Assembly (NCBI GenBank): GCA_000708835.1
Contig: DF238763.1
Coordinates: forward strand, 1 to 64,000
Origin: Klebsormidium nitens
Taxonomy: Eukaryota; Plantae; Klebsormidiophyceae
DNA: 64,000 nt
Direction of reading: 5' to 3'
Shown: positions 20,137 through 30,975 of the stretch, one piece after another
Layout of the letters: each line of letters starts with the position of its first letter
How positions within the stretch are numbered: the stretch's first letter is position 1
Notes under the pieces: model-generated
The model's input: the letters and a program-made list of their open reading frames with translations, nothing else
Database searches by the model: none
What the model was told of the DNA's origin: nothing
Program-made: the position numbers and the translations under genes

Positions 20137-20209
20137 TCTCTAGTAGCTCAGAGGTTAGAGCGTGTGGCTGTTAACCACAATGTCGTTGGTTCAAATCCAA
20201 CTTAGAGAG
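20137..20209 (+). tRNA. trnN: tRNA-Asn(GUU)
   Basis: Anticodon arm TGTGG-CTGTTAA-CCACA, canonical cloverleaf. Confidence 0.96.
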
Positions 20210-20643
20210 GCTTCGTAAAGATAATACAAAGTTGCTTGATTGGAAATGAAAAAGATTTTCAAATCATCTTTTATTAAAAAGTTCTATAAAATTTCAAGCA
20301 AAACCAATCCCCTAAGAGATTGGATAGGCTTTTAGTGGGGCGAGCGCCCCCATTTCATTCAAAAAAATCTCTTTTTTTATTTCATTCCACTCCCGGGGGG
20401 AGTGATTTCATTCGTGGCACTGACGTGCCCCACTTTGTTCCACTCCATATCGGGAGCGAAGAACCACTCCCCTGCGGGAAGTAAAGTGACTCTGTATTGA
20501 AAAAAGAAAACTCGTCGTTTTACTCAATACCTTCTTGGGTTAACGGCTCTTCACTCCCTAAAAGTCTTCTCTCGTTTGTATTCCCTCTTTTTGAGCCATG
20601 ATATAAAAATGGCTTGCTTACGAGTAATTCTATAGTTTGCAAA

Positions 20644-21021
20644 ATGACTGACTTTCTTTTTTCTCGAGCATGGATGGATGCGCCAGAAGCGTGGCAATTA
20701 GGATTTCAAGATGCCGCAACGCCAATGATGCAGGGAATTATTGATCTGCATCAAGATATCTTCTTTTTTGCAATCATAATCTTAGTGTTTGTGCTTTGGA
20801 TGTTGTTGAGGTCTTTATGGCATTTTTACTACAGTAACAATCCAATCCCAGAAAGAATTGTCCATGGCACCACAATTGAAATTGTGTGGACAGTTGTACC
20901 TAGTATTATTTTGATGTTTATCGCTATACCATCTTTTGCACTCTTGTACTCGATGGATGAGGTTGTAGACCCTGCAATTACTATTAAGACAATAGGCCAC
21001 CAGTGGTACTGGACTTATGAA
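20644..21021 (+). CDS. cox2: Cytochrome c oxidase subunit 2, exon 1
   Basis: [20 protein letters not shown]...[10 protein letters not shown], ending at GAA before the intron start GGGCG. Confidence 0.96.
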
Positions 21022-21406
21022 GGGCGACCGTGAAGTTGCCAAATGAATTGATCACAGAAGCTACACTCCCTCTAAAATCGAAAGGAAAAAAAGAAAGAAG
21101 GGAGAGGAGCTTCGATCCACTGCAGTTGTCTGCAGTGAAACGGACGCGACTAGTCTGCGGGGTCTCGCCCTGCGGATAACAATAGCATGTCGCGAAAGGG
21201 GAGCTTGAGGTCTGCCAGCCTTAGAGTGCTCCCCGACCGTAGCCTTAATGATGCAGATTAGCGGGTTATTCGCGAAAGTGAGGTGTGTGTGGGTTGTCCA
21301 ACCAGACGCGTTCGGCTAGGCCATTTGGCATCACAGCGTCGTTTTCTTGTGCCACGTTGATTCGTAGCGAAAGGCACCAAGACAGAAAAGAAAACCAGAT
21401 ATCAAT

Positions 21407-23383
21407 ATGATTCTCATAAAGCACCAGAAACTAGTCTGTAGCATTTCTCGATTCATGCGCAATCACTTCGAACGCGTAGGAATAGGCGCATTTGGCAGAA
21501 CCGGTGAACCTCGAACAGTAGGGATTGCTTTCGAGGGACAGAGGGCCAGTAGTACCTGCCTACCCGAAAGGGACCTGGTAACAGGAAAGCGCTCGTTATT
21601 TCGAGCAAAAGGGAAGGGGCCTAAATCGATGGACTGTGGGCAGAGCTACAAAGGCAAACACCTGCAGGACGTCGCATATCGTAAATGGAGCAGTCTTTCT
21701 TTTTCTAGCTCGGATGAGCTTGGGTCGCCGACCTCGACATGGATTGAAAGGCTGTCTACACTTCAGGGGTTGAGACCAGGGGCGAAAGCGCAAAGGCTAT
21801 GGGCCTTGGTCGACGATATCAACCTATGGGTTGCCGCCTATAAGAAGCTTGCCCCTAATCCAGGGTCTATGACCAAAGGAGGGGCAGGGGGAACGATAGA
21901 TGGCACATCTATGCGGTCACTAAAAGCACTACGAGATAGTGTAGTAGAATGCAAATTTCGATTTGGCACGACTCGTCGAGTCTATATCCCCAAACCACAA
22001 GGCGGCAAAAGACCGCTTGGGATTCCAGAGTTCCAAGACAGGCTAGTGCAAGAAGTGGTACGTACCATATTGGAAGCCATATACGAACCAAAATTCTTAC
22101 CGAATTCTCATGGATTTCGACCAGGCAGATCACAACATACTTGTCTAAAGCAAATAAGAAGAGATTTTCGTGGAACAATTTGGTACATAGAGGGGGATAT
22201 ATCCAAATGCTTTGACAGCATCAATCATGACTTTCTTTTAAGAACTCTAAGTTACTCTATCCAAGATCACAAATTTCTAGCACTCATAAAAACGGGTCTC
22301 CAAACAAACACCCTAATGCCGGAGAAGAATATAGAAAAAACGCTGGTAGGCACACCGCAAGGGGGTGTTTGTAGCCCTCTGCTTTCGAATATAATGCTCC
22401 ATGAACTTGATGTATTTCTTGCGAAGCTGAAAAGAATCATAGATCGGGGCAAAGAAAGAAAAATGAGCAGGAAGTACGGGGCGCTTACAAGCTTACGATC
22501 TCGCGCGAAAAAATCAGGGTCGATTCAAAGATATAGAGATTCGTTAAAGCAGGCTAGAAAGGTCGGATATGGCGACCCTCTTGATGTCCATTTTCGAAGG
22601 CTGAATTTTGTGCGATATGCTGATGACTTTCTTATAGGAATCATTGGCCCACGAAAGTTAGCCACGAGAGTGAAGGAACTAATAAGCCGATTTCTCAGTG
22701 CTAAGCTTAAACTGAAGTTAAGCGCTGAAAAAACGCTCATTACTCGCGCAAGAGGGAGCGACATACCATTTCTTGGGTACAAAATCAACCACGGTCCATC
22801 AAATATGTACACGTACAGACGAAGGTACCAAGGGAAATGGAGAACTGTTCGAGTGCGTAGAGCAGGGCATATACGGCTTTTAGTTCAAATGAAAAAAGTG
22901 ATTGGGAGTTTAGCGTCAAAGGGATTTTGTGACCGATACGGTGAACCAAAGCCCAACTTTCATTCCTTCCAAGATCCGCAAAGCTACACTGTGAGCCGAG
23001 TTGGATCCATCTTACGGGGCATAAGTCACTATTATCACTTGGCAGAGACCAAGCGCAAGTGTGTTAGTCGGGTGTCTTCCATCCTTACCCATTCATTGGC
23101 CAAAACCTTTGCTGCCAAGTTTAAGCTGGGCACGAGGAGCAAGATCTTTGCTCTGGCTGGCAAAGACTTGTCAAGGCCATTGAAGGCTAAGCCAGGGAAG
23201 ACTGCCGCAGGCATTACTGACTTGAAATTGACACAATGGGCTATAGAAGCTGGAGGAAACCTCAAGGGCACTCTCAAAGGGATCCCCTATACGAGTGCGC
23301 GAGATGTGAGCAAGCCAGATCTGCTCCCCTTGCGTCCTCAATGGAAACGAAAAAAAAAGATAGGAATTTCCAAGATCCGTTAG
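21407..23383 (+). CDS. Group II intron reverse transcriptase/maturase (RT0-7 and X domains)
   Basis: PKPQGGKRPLGIP, DRLVQE, SHGFRPGRS, EGDISKCFD, GTPQGGVCSPLLSNI, intact YADD, FLGY, TLAxK-like TFAAKFK. Confidence 0.95.
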   Translation: MILIKHQKLVCSISRFMRNHFERVGIGAFGRTGEPRTVGIAFEGQRASSTCLPERDLVTGKRSLFRAKGKGPKSMDCGQSYKGKHLQDVAYRKWSSLSFSSSDELGSPTSTWIERLSTLQGLRPGAKAQRLWALVDDINLWVAAYKKLAPNPGSMTKGGAGGTIDGTSMRSLKALRDSVVECKFRFGTTRRVYIPKPQGGKRPLGIPEFQDRLVQEVVRTILEAIYEPKFLPNSHGFRPGRSQHTCLKQIRRDFRGTIWYIEGDISKCFDSINHDFLLRTLSYSIQDHKFLALIKTGLQTNTLMPEKNIEKTLVGTPQGGVCSPLLSNIMLHELDVFLAKLKRIIDRGKERKMSRKYGALTSLRSRAKKSGSIQRYRDSLKQARKVGYGDPLDVHFRRLNFVRYADDFLIGIIGPRKLATRVKELISRFLSAKLKLKLSAEKTLITRARGSDIPFLGYKINHGPSNMYTYRRRYQGKWRTVRVRRAGHIRLLVQMKKVIGSLASKGFCDRYGEPKPNFHSFQDPQSYTVSRVGSILRGISHYYHLAETKRKCVSRVSSILTHSLAKTFAAKFKLGTRSKIFALAGKDLSRPLKAKPGKTAAGITDLKLTQWAIEAGGNLKGTLKGIPYTSARDVSKPDLLPLRPQWKRKKKIGISKIR

Positions 23384-23607
23384 AAAAGCTCCGCTGGAGA
23401 GGTCTTCGAGGTAGAACCAGCCTTATGGCTACGTGTGCGGTATGTGGCAGCACGGATGAGGTCGAGATGCACCATGTAAGAGCCCTGAAAGATCTAAAAG
23501 GTAGGGACTTCGTAGAGCAACTCATGATCGCTGCCCGTAGGAAGCAGATTCCGCTATGCCAAGAGCATCATTTTCAAGCCCACGGTAGGAGGAAGACGAA
23601 AGAATAA
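23359..23607 (+). CDS. Zn-finger/HNH endonuclease domain of the intron protein, in the -1 frame after an A9 run
   Basis: CAVC...EMHHVRALK...PLCQEHH motif typical of the En domain; frame entered at GAT 23359. Confidence 0.85.
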   Translation, partial: DRNFQDPLEKLRWRGLRGRTSLMATCAVCGSTDEVEMHHVRALKDLKGRDFVEQLMIAARRKQIPLCQEHHFQAHGRRKTKE

Positions 23608-23743
23608 GCAAATTACCTATAACTGAAGATATTACGATTGGTGAGCCGTGTGATGGGCGACTATCTAGCACGGTTCGGAGAGGACTTTAGTATCTCAAAG
23701 AGGTGCTGTATAGGTTGCGCTTTGGGTGAACTTTTCACTCTAT

Positions 23744-24118
23744 TATTCTGATTACAATCAGTCTGATGAGCAATCATTAGCCTTTGATAGTTATATGATT
23801 CCAGAAGAAGATTTAGAGTTGGGTCAGTTAAGATTGTTAGAAACAGACAACCGACTGATTGTGCCAGCAAATACCCATGTTCGTATGATCATTACCTCTG
23901 CAGATGTGCTTCACAGTTGGGCAGTTCCTGCTTTAGGAATCAAATGTGACGCTGTTCCCGGACGCTTAAACCAAAGCTCCGTCTTCATTAAAAGAGAAGG
24001 GGTCTATTATGGTCAGTGTAGCGAGTTGTGTGGCGTGAATCATGGCTTTATGCCGATTGTAGTTGAAGCTGTTTCACTCGATGATTATGTTCAATGGGTC
24101 TCTAACAAGCTTGAATAA
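23744..24118 (+). CDS. cox2: Cytochrome c oxidase subunit 2, exon 2
   Basis: YSDY..., DVLHSWAVP, CuA motif [12 protein letters not shown]. Confidence 0.97.
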   Translation, partial: YSDYNQSDEQSLAFDSYMIPEEDLELGQLRLLETDNRLIVPANTHVRMIITSADVLHSWAVPALGIKCDAVPGRLNQSSVFIKREGVYYGQCSELCGVNHGFMPIVVEAVSLDDYVQWVSNKLE

Positions 24119-24371
24119 TAAGAATAACAATCAAGTGTAGTAAAGCAAGGCTACGTTCAAATCAGTCCAATAAAAAATGCGTTAGCCTTTTTTATTGATT
24201 AAGAGAGTTTGAGCTACCAGCTGCGCTGACAAAAATCTTTTTTTCTTTTCACCCTATCCACTCTCTTGAAAGAGCGGCTACGCTGAAAAAAAAATTCTTT
24301 TTTTCTCTTTTCGCTCCACTTCCAAGAGGAAAGTGGTTCTACGCTCCAGCAGCATAAAAAAAACAAGCGCT

Positions 24372-25166
24372 ATGAATTCTCAAAAACATCCTTTTCATTT
24401 AGTTGATCCAAGCCCATGGCCATTGTTTGGTTCCCTTGGAGCTCTTGCAAGCACAATGGGCGGCGTCATGTATATGCATTCTTATACCGGAGGTGGGTCA
24501 CTCCTAAGTTTAGGGCTTGGAATGCTGATCTATACCATGATTGTATGGTGGCGAGACGTTGTACGAGAAGCTACTTATGAGGGGCACCACACTGGTCTTG
24601 TTCAGATCGGGCTCCGATATGGCATGATACTCTTTATTGTTTCAGAAGTTATGTTCTTTTTAGCTTTTTTTTGGGCGTTTTTCCACTCAAGTTTAGCCCC
24701 AACTGTAGAGATTGGAGCAATCTGGCCTCCAAAAGGGATTGAGGTGCTGAACCCTTGGGGAATCCCGTTTTTGAATACTTTGATCCTTCTTTCGTCTGGC
24801 GCTGCAGTGACTTGGGCACACCACGCGATTCTTGCTGGGAATAAGCAGCAAGCTATCTATGGTCTAGTCGCAACGATCTTACTTGCTACGCTTTTTACTG
24901 GATTTCAAGCTATGGAATATGTCGAAGCACCCTTTACAATCTCGGATGGTATTTACGGGTCTACATTTTTTTTAGCCACTGGCTTCCACGGATTTCACGT
25001 GTTTGTGGGAACTTTGTTCTTGCTTGTTTGTTGTATTCGACAGGCAATGAATCACTTTACACCAAAACATCATTTTGGGTTTGAAGCTGCGGCTTGGTAT
25101 TGGCATTTTGTTGATGTAGTTTGGTTATTCTTGTTTGTATCTATTTACTGGTGGGGCGGGGCTTAG
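24372..25166 (+). CDS. cox3: Cytochrome c oxidase subunit 3
   Basis: [41 protein letters not shown]. Confidence 0.99.
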   Translation: MNSQKHPFHLVDPSPWPLFGSLGALASTMGGVMYMHSYTGGGSLLSLGLGMLIYTMIVWWRDVVREATYEGHHTGLVQIGLRYGMILFIVSEVMFFLAFFWAFFHSSLAPTVEIGAIWPPKGIEVLNPWGIPFLNTLILLSSGAAVTWAHHAILAGNKQQAIYGLVATILLATLFTGFQAMEYVEAPFTISDGIYGSTFFLATGFHGFHVFVGTLFLLVCCIRQAMNHFTPKHHFGFEAAAWYWHFVDVVWLFLFVSIYWWGGA

Positions 25167-25294
25167 TACTAAAAACGAGCAGTGGAAGATCAAAGCCGCT
25201 AGAGGGGTCACAGCAGCTCCAATCCCCTGCGCCGAATGGCTCTTTGCTAAAAAGACTCTTTTTCTCTCTTCTCTTTTTGGGCGAGCGCCCACCA

Positions 25295-25398
25295 ATGAAA
25301 TCACTCCCCCCGGGAGTGGAATGAAATCACTCCCCCCGGGAGTGGAATGAAATCACTCCCCCCGGGAGTGGAATGAAATCACTCCCCCCGGGAGTGGA
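25295..25398. repeat. Tandem array, 4 x 26-nt unit ATGAAATCACTCCCCCCGGGAGTGGA
   Basis: Direct reading. Confidence 0.95.
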
Positions 25399-25655
25399 AT
25401 GAAATCAAAAAGAGATTTTTTTGAATGAAATCACTCCCTCTCCGGGAGTGGAACAAAGTGGGGCACGCCAGTGCCACTAATGAATTCCGAGAAGAAGTGG
25501 GCTGTGCTAAAAAAAAAGACTCTTTTTTTTTATCTACGCTCCACACTTTCGAAAAGTATGTCTTTTCGTTCATTCCAAAAAATATTCTTTGTCTTACTCT
25601 TTTATTAATGCAAAAGAGCGAAATAAATAAGCAATCATACAAAATCAATATCACA

Positions 25656-26252
25656 ATGGCTCAAAATACAGCATACATTCAATCTTTAATTTCAATCGCT
25701 CCGCGATGGATCACTCAGCTTAGGGTTTCAAAGAATGAAATTGTGATTTATACGAAACCAGAGTTTGTTTATGCTTTGCTTACTTTTTTTAAAAAGCACA
25801 CAAGCACACAGTACAAAGTATTGGTAGATATTTGTGCTGTAGATTACCCTTCTAAAGAGCATCGTTTTGAGGTTGTTTATAACCTATTGAGCGTTCTTTA
25901 TAATTCACGCATACGGATCAAAACAAATGTGGACGAGATTACGCCTATTCGCTCTGTTTCGGACTTGTACCCCTCAGCCGGTTGGTATGAAAGAGAAGCA
26001 TGGGATCTTTTTGGTGTTTATTTTTCAAATCATTCTGACTTACGCCGTATTTTAACAGATTATGGCTTTGAAGGGCATCCATTAAGAAAAGACTTCCCTT
26101 TAAGTGGGTACACAGAAGTGCGGTATGATGATTCAGAAAAGCGCGTTGTTTCAGAAAAGATTGAGCTTAGCCAAGAATTTCGCTTCTTTGACTGCACAAG
26201 CCCGTGGGAAGATCAGGCAAATCAGTTGTTTATAAAGCCAAAAAAGGTCTAA
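25656..26252 (+). CDS. nad9: NADH dehydrogenase subunit 9 (ATG 25656; the upstream ORF extension is repeat-derived)
   Basis: [51 protein letters not shown]. Confidence 0.98.
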   Translation: MAQNTAYIQSLISIAPRWITQLRVSKNEIVIYTKPEFVYALLTFFKKHTSTQYKVLVDICAVDYPSKEHRFEVVYNLLSVLYNSRIRIKTNVDEITPIRSVSDLYPSAGWYEREAWDLFGVYFSNHSDLRRILTDYGFEGHPLRKDFPLSGYTEVRYDDSEKRVVSEKIELSQEFRFFDCTSPWEDQANQLFIKPKKV

Positions 26253-26959
26253 TCTTTTGTAAACTTTGGGGGTCGAGCTATAAAGCAGGGATGAAAAAAA
26301 AGAATCGCTTCAATAATGCACCCCAGTGGGGCAAGAGCTCACTAGCGACCCAAAAGAATAAGCAATTATGGATGTAAACAAAAGAAAAGCAACAAAGTTT
26401 TGAAGTGCAGAGTATCCTCATAAGGCATTGGGGCGAAGAACCACAGTTTTGAAAGGGGTGGTACGTAGTAGGAGGCAATAGCCCCATTCGCGTTCTTTTT
26501 TTTTCTTTTCAGCATTGTAGCGACCCATTTCAATGACAGACGCAAATTCCCCGGCAGCCCCCCATCAGCGTCTGCCCCCGTTCAATCTCGATCGGACTCA
26601 ATTTGTTCACGCATACAATTGCTTTTTTTTGCCATTTCTTGGCCTAGTCAATGAAATTCGCGAGTAACCCGCGTGAGACTGGCGCCTCCCACATCGTTTT
26701 CGTAAGTAAAAGTCTTTTTGAGTACGCTGGGAAGAACGCAAGCTCCGCAAAGTTTTTAGGGGGGTGAATGCCCCCCCGCTATACTACATCACCACTCCCT
26801 CGCAGGAGTGATCTTGTTTTAGTGCAGAGTGACTTCGTTTTTTTAAGAGAGTAGGCCATTCGGTCTTACTCTTTATTGTTTCTTTCTTTTTCTTGTTTTC
26901 AAGAGGGCTAAGAAGCTCGTTGCTGTGAAATAAGCAACATTTTTTATCTTTTATAAACT

Positions 26960-27940
26960 ATGAACTTAAAGTTTACAACGGTAAGAATCCATTCATCCGC
27001 TTTGTTACAATACCGTACTTCAACTTACCAAAAAAAAAGAGCAGAAAATAGTTCATTTGGTTTTGAACTTAATGAGATTAATATTTTACATAGTATAGTA
27101 GGCACACAACTTGGGGGTGTGGCCTCATTGACTTCCGGTCTAGTTTTAATGGCAGGAAGACCCCCTCAAGATCCTTTAGACAAAGGAAAAGGGAAGATTG
27201 AGTGGGTGGAAGAAAAGTCCCAACCACCATCTCTTTACCAGGGATCTGAAGACAAGAGGGAGGAAATGACTTTTGGAACGCCAGAACCATATAACCCAGA
27301 TCGTGACTTTGATGGTCCTACCGATCCGCAATTGGAAAATGCAATGTTGGATTTAGATGAGGGTGGAGTTGTATCAGCAGTTGCGTCTACGGCAAAACGA
27401 ATTCGAAGGGGTTTTTTTGATGCTCCACTTGCCGAGGGGTTGCCATCACAGGGCAGCACCTATTCTCCTAACAATCAAAAGGATATGGAGGAGGAAGATT
27501 TCGTCTCTCCTCCGGGAAAAAACGAGAATTCTAGGAATCCATCGGGCGCTTTAAGCTTCGTTTCAAGTTCAATATCGAATTGCATACGCGATCATGATAT
27601 TGATCAAATTCGGAATGAATGCGTCACGCATATACAAAATTTGTGGGCGTGTTCGTTTGCCCTTTCGATCAATGTGCTTTTGCGCAGAGGACTTCCAACT
27701 CTGCTAAAAAAATTTCCAGAAGGATCACCCTTTGCAATTCAATACCCCCGGCTTTATAGGTGGTTGCAAAACCTTTGTGACACTGTACAAAAAAATGGGG
27801 ATACTGTTATGCTAGTTTTTTCTGCGTATATCGCTTTTTCTGCGTTTCTCTTATGGGCAAATGTATGGTCTTTGGTAAACATTGCTAAAAAGACATACGA
27901 CTTCTATAAGAAATATAAGAAAAACAATCCCAACGCTTAA
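26960..27940 (+). CDS. Hypothetical protein orf326 (acidic/proline-rich middle, C-terminal hydrophobic helix)
   Basis: 981-nt ATG-started ORF free of the dispersed repeats; no recognisable family motif. Confidence 0.5.
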   Translation: MNLKFTTVRIHSSALLQYRTSTYQKKRAENSSFGFELNEINILHSIVGTQLGGVASLTSGLVLMAGRPPQDPLDKGKGKIEWVEEKSQPPSLYQGSEDKREEMTFGTPEPYNPDRDFDGPTDPQLENAMLDLDEGGVVSAVASTAKRIRRGFFDAPLAEGLPSQGSTYSPNNQKDMEEEDFVSPPGKNENSRNPSGALSFVSSSISNCIRDHDIDQIRNECVTHIQNLWACSFALSINVLLRRGLPTLLKKFPEGSPFAIQYPRLYRWLQNLCDTVQKNGDTVMLVFSAYIAFSAFLLWANVWSLVNIAKKTYDFYKKYKKNNPNA

Positions 27941-28343
27941 CATATTTTTTCTTATAGATCAGCAATTTCACTACAAAATGAATGACTTGGCATCACACTC
28001 AAAAAAAGAAAGCCCTGGTTGATAACTGCTTGAATAAAAGCAATGTTTTGCTGTGCTGTTGAGAATAGTAGACCCCAAAGGAAAGAAGGGAGTGGTACAG
28101 GGCAGTGAACTGAAGTTGGGGGCATTTGCCCCCACTCACGAAAATTTCCCTCAATCATTGAATTCAACAAGTGCAATAAGATTTAGGATTCTCAAAAAAG
28201 AAGTAGACAAAAGGAGGCACCCCAATAAGGGGGCTCCTGCTCCCTTATTTGTTTGCTATTTTTTCCTTTGTTTCCACACAAATTTTTTTTTCATCAGGCT
28301 ATAGTTGCTGAAATCAGTAACATTCTTTTCTCTATTATAAAAT

Positions 28344-29879
28344 ATGAAATCTGGAGCAGAATTGTCAAGTTTGTTAGAGCAACGTATCAGTAATTATACC
28401 CAAAGGTTAGAAGTTGACGAAATAGGGCGTGTTGTATCTGTAGGGGACGGGATTGCTCGTGTATATGGCTTAAATAATATTCAAGCCGGAGAGATGGTAG
28501 AATTCTCAACAGGAGTCAAGGGTATGGCGCTCAACCTAGAGAGCGAGAACGTGGGGATTGTGGTGTTTGGGAGTGATACCGCTATCAAAGAGGGTGATAT
28601 TGTGAAGCGAACAGGTTCTATCGTCGACGTTCCAGTAGGCAAAGAAGTTCTTGGCCGCGTTGTTGACGCATTAGGTGTACCCATCGACGGCAAAGGACCT
28701 TTGGGAACAAAGGACAGGCGCCGCGTTGAGGTAAAAGCTCCTGGAATTATTGCACGAAAATCTGTGCATGAGCCAATGCAAACTGGTTTAAAAGCAGTTG
28801 ATAGCCTTGTACCGATTGGTCGTGGGCAGCGTGAGCTTATCATTGGAGATAGGCAGACTGGAAAGACTGCAATTGCTATTGATGCTATCTTAAACCAACG
28901 GATGAACAATAAGGGATCTATTGAAGCTGATAAGCTATATTGTGTTTATGTCGCAATAGGACAAAAGCGTTCAACTGTAGCGCAACTTGTAAGAATTCTA
29001 GAACAAGAAGGTGCTTTAGAGTACACACTTATAGTGGCGGCTACGGCGTCTGATCCGGCTCCACTTCAGTTCTTAGCGCCTTATGCTGGTTGTGCGATGG
29101 CCGAGTATTTCCGCGACAACAAAATGCATTCTCTTATTATTTACGATGATCTAAGTAAGCAAGCAGTTGCATATCGACAGATGTCGTTACTCCTTCGAAG
29201 ACCCCCAGGTCGCGAAGCGTTTCCTGGAGATGTGTTTTACCTCCATTCGAGACTTCTAGAAAGAGCAGCGAAGATGTCAGACGCTGAAGGAGCTGGTAGC
29301 TTAACGGCTTTACCGGTGATTGAGACACAAGCCGGAGACGTATCCGCTTATATTCCAACCAATGTGATCTCGATTACAGATGGTCAGATCTTCTTAGAGA
29401 CTGAGCTCTTTTATCGGGGGATTCGGCCTGCGATTAACGTAGGGTTATCTGTGAGCCGTGTAGGATCTGCAGCACAAATGAAAGCAATGAAGCAAGTTTG
29501 TGGTAGCTTAAAGCTTGAGCTTGCTCAATATCGAGAAGTTGCAGCCTTTGCTCAATTTGGGTCTGACTTAGATGCAGCAACACAATACTTGCTCAATAGA
29601 GGAGGGCGACTTACTGAGGTTTTAAAACAGCAGCAATACAAGCCTATGCGGATTGAACAGCAGGTTGTTGTGATTTATGCTGCTGTCAAAGGGTTCTTAG
29701 ACAAGATCCAAATCTCAGAGATTTCTGCTTATGAGCAGTTGATCTTAAAAACGATTGACCAAGAGATTTTGGCAAAGATTCAAAAAGAAAAGACACTAAG
29801 CCCGCAGCTTGATGAGCAACTTGCAACTTTCTTGAAACAGGTCACCGCAGATTTTATAAGCAGCCATAAGCAAGCATAA
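28344..29879 (+). CDS. atp1: ATP synthase subunit alpha
   Basis: Walker [31 protein letters not shown]. Confidence 0.99.
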   Translation: MKSGAELSSLLEQRISNYTQRLEVDEIGRVVSVGDGIARVYGLNNIQAGEMVEFSTGVKGMALNLESENVGIVVFGSDTAIKEGDIVKRTGSIVDVPVGKEVLGRVVDALGVPIDGKGPLGTKDRRRVEVKAPGIIARKSVHEPMQTGLKAVDSLVPIGRGQRELIIGDRQTGKTAIAIDAILNQRMNNKGSIEADKLYCVYVAIGQKRSTVAQLVRILEQEGALEYTLIVAATASDPAPLQFLAPYAGCAMAEYFRDNKMHSLIIYDDLSKQAVAYRQMSLLLRRPPGREAFPGDVFYLHSRLLERAAKMSDAEGAGSLTALPVIETQAGDVSAYIPTNVISITDGQIFLETELFYRGIRPAINVGLSVSRVGSAAQMKAMKQVCGSLKLELAQYREVAAFAQFGSDLDAATQYLLNRGGRLTEVLKQQQYKPMRIEQQVVVIYAAVKGFLDKIQISEISAYEQLILKTIDQEILAKIQKEKTLSPQLDEQLATFLKQVTADFISSHKQA

Positions 29880-29888
29880 AAGAAAGGA

Positions 29889-30557
29889 ATGAAAAAATAT
29901 TGAAAAGGAGAAATCAATCAAACTCCAATCTTAGATATCCATCAAGATTCTCTTCCTTTATCGCTCCAGCAACGAATACTCGATCCTGTTATTGATTATG
30001 CCCCCATTGCTTTATCCGTGGTTGCTGGAGCTGTGGGGGTAGACCTACTGCTGTGGTATTTTAGACGTAGGTCAGACCTTGGCAAACCAAGCTTAGACGA
30101 TAGTAAACCTAAGAGTTTTCTCATTGTTTCCGCGGAGAGTAAAAACGAGACGATTGGGAGCCAAACGCCTGCTGATGGAAAAGAAAGCCTAGCCCAAACA
30201 GAGATAACACAACACGTTGTTCATGCTTTTGGGAGATATTCGAAAGGGCACGCAAAACGCATATTTCAGTATAGAAATGATCCGGATCCGGCAACCAAGC
30301 GCGAAAGCGAGGAACAGTATCATTTTCTTGTAGGTGGGAACCGTCTAATTGGGAATATGCGTGAGGGGGGATTTTCTTTAAACTTGTTGATAAAACAATG
30401 TCAAAAAACTCTAAATCCCAGCTCCTCTATTACTGGTTTGTCTGATTTGGATCTTCAAAAGAGCAATATTGTAAACGTCCACTATCAAAAAATGTTTCGT
30501 CAACAGAGCTATTTGCCAGAGGAGCTATTGTTTGAGCGCTTTCATTGGGCTTTTTGA
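29889..30557 (+). CDS. Hypothetical single-TM protein; ATG 29889 is followed in frame by TGA 29901, then the frame is open 29904-30557
   Basis: Open frame of 217 codons with hydrophobic IALSVVAGAVGVDLLLWYF then RRR; start uncertain (GTG 30018 or upstream). Confidence 0.4.
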
Positions 30558-30975
30558 ATATCTTTCCGTAAAGCTTGCTGCCCCTGCATTCTTATGTATG
30601 CCGGTATTGCTCGCTCTTGTGCTTCGCAATAAAGATCGAATCATAGCCTTGCTTTTGCCGCTCTCTCACCCTGCAAGGAGTTTACAAACGTTTCAATGGA
30701 GCCACTGGAAACCCTTTGTTGGATGTTTGAAGTCGTTATTCAAGCTCTGGAAGAAATAAGAAAAGGGTGCAGCAGGGGGCGTCATATCATATTCTTTCGA
30801 ATCAATTCAACAAATGGAGTGGAGAGCCCCATTAGTGGCTCTCTGCTCCGCGTGGGGGATTGGAGTGGGGGGCGCTAGAGCTTTTCTCACCCCTCACCTC
30901 CAAAACTCTCTTTTTTTTTTGTTTAGTTCCCTAGAGGGGGATCGAGCGTACCGTTCACTTTCCATATTTGCACAT

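Larger units (their letters stand above)
21022..23743 (+). mobile_element. Group II intron (class IIA-like) in cox2
   Basis: 5' GGGCG; domain V GAGCCGTGTGATGGGCGACTATCTAGCACGGTTC at 23643-23676; bulged A at -7 and 3' end AT; splicing restores WTYE|YSDY. Confidence 0.95.

Noticed and set aside
25135-25350. Possible sdh4 overlapping the cox3 3' end as in land plants
   Set aside because: The ORF has no Sdh4 motif (HxxxG, DY) and runs into repeats
25425-25655. Long N-terminal extensions of nad9 (also cob 30814-30975, nad6 18791-18943, cox3 24333-24371, rpl16 34227-34301)
   Set aside because: Upstream in-frame sequence is repeat-derived or non-conserved; conserved ATG starts lie downstream
28481-29358. 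Antisense ORFs within atp1 (likewise within nad1, nad2, nad7, cox2 intron ORF, rns and rnl)
   Set aside because: Shadow frames of conserved genes with no independent motifs
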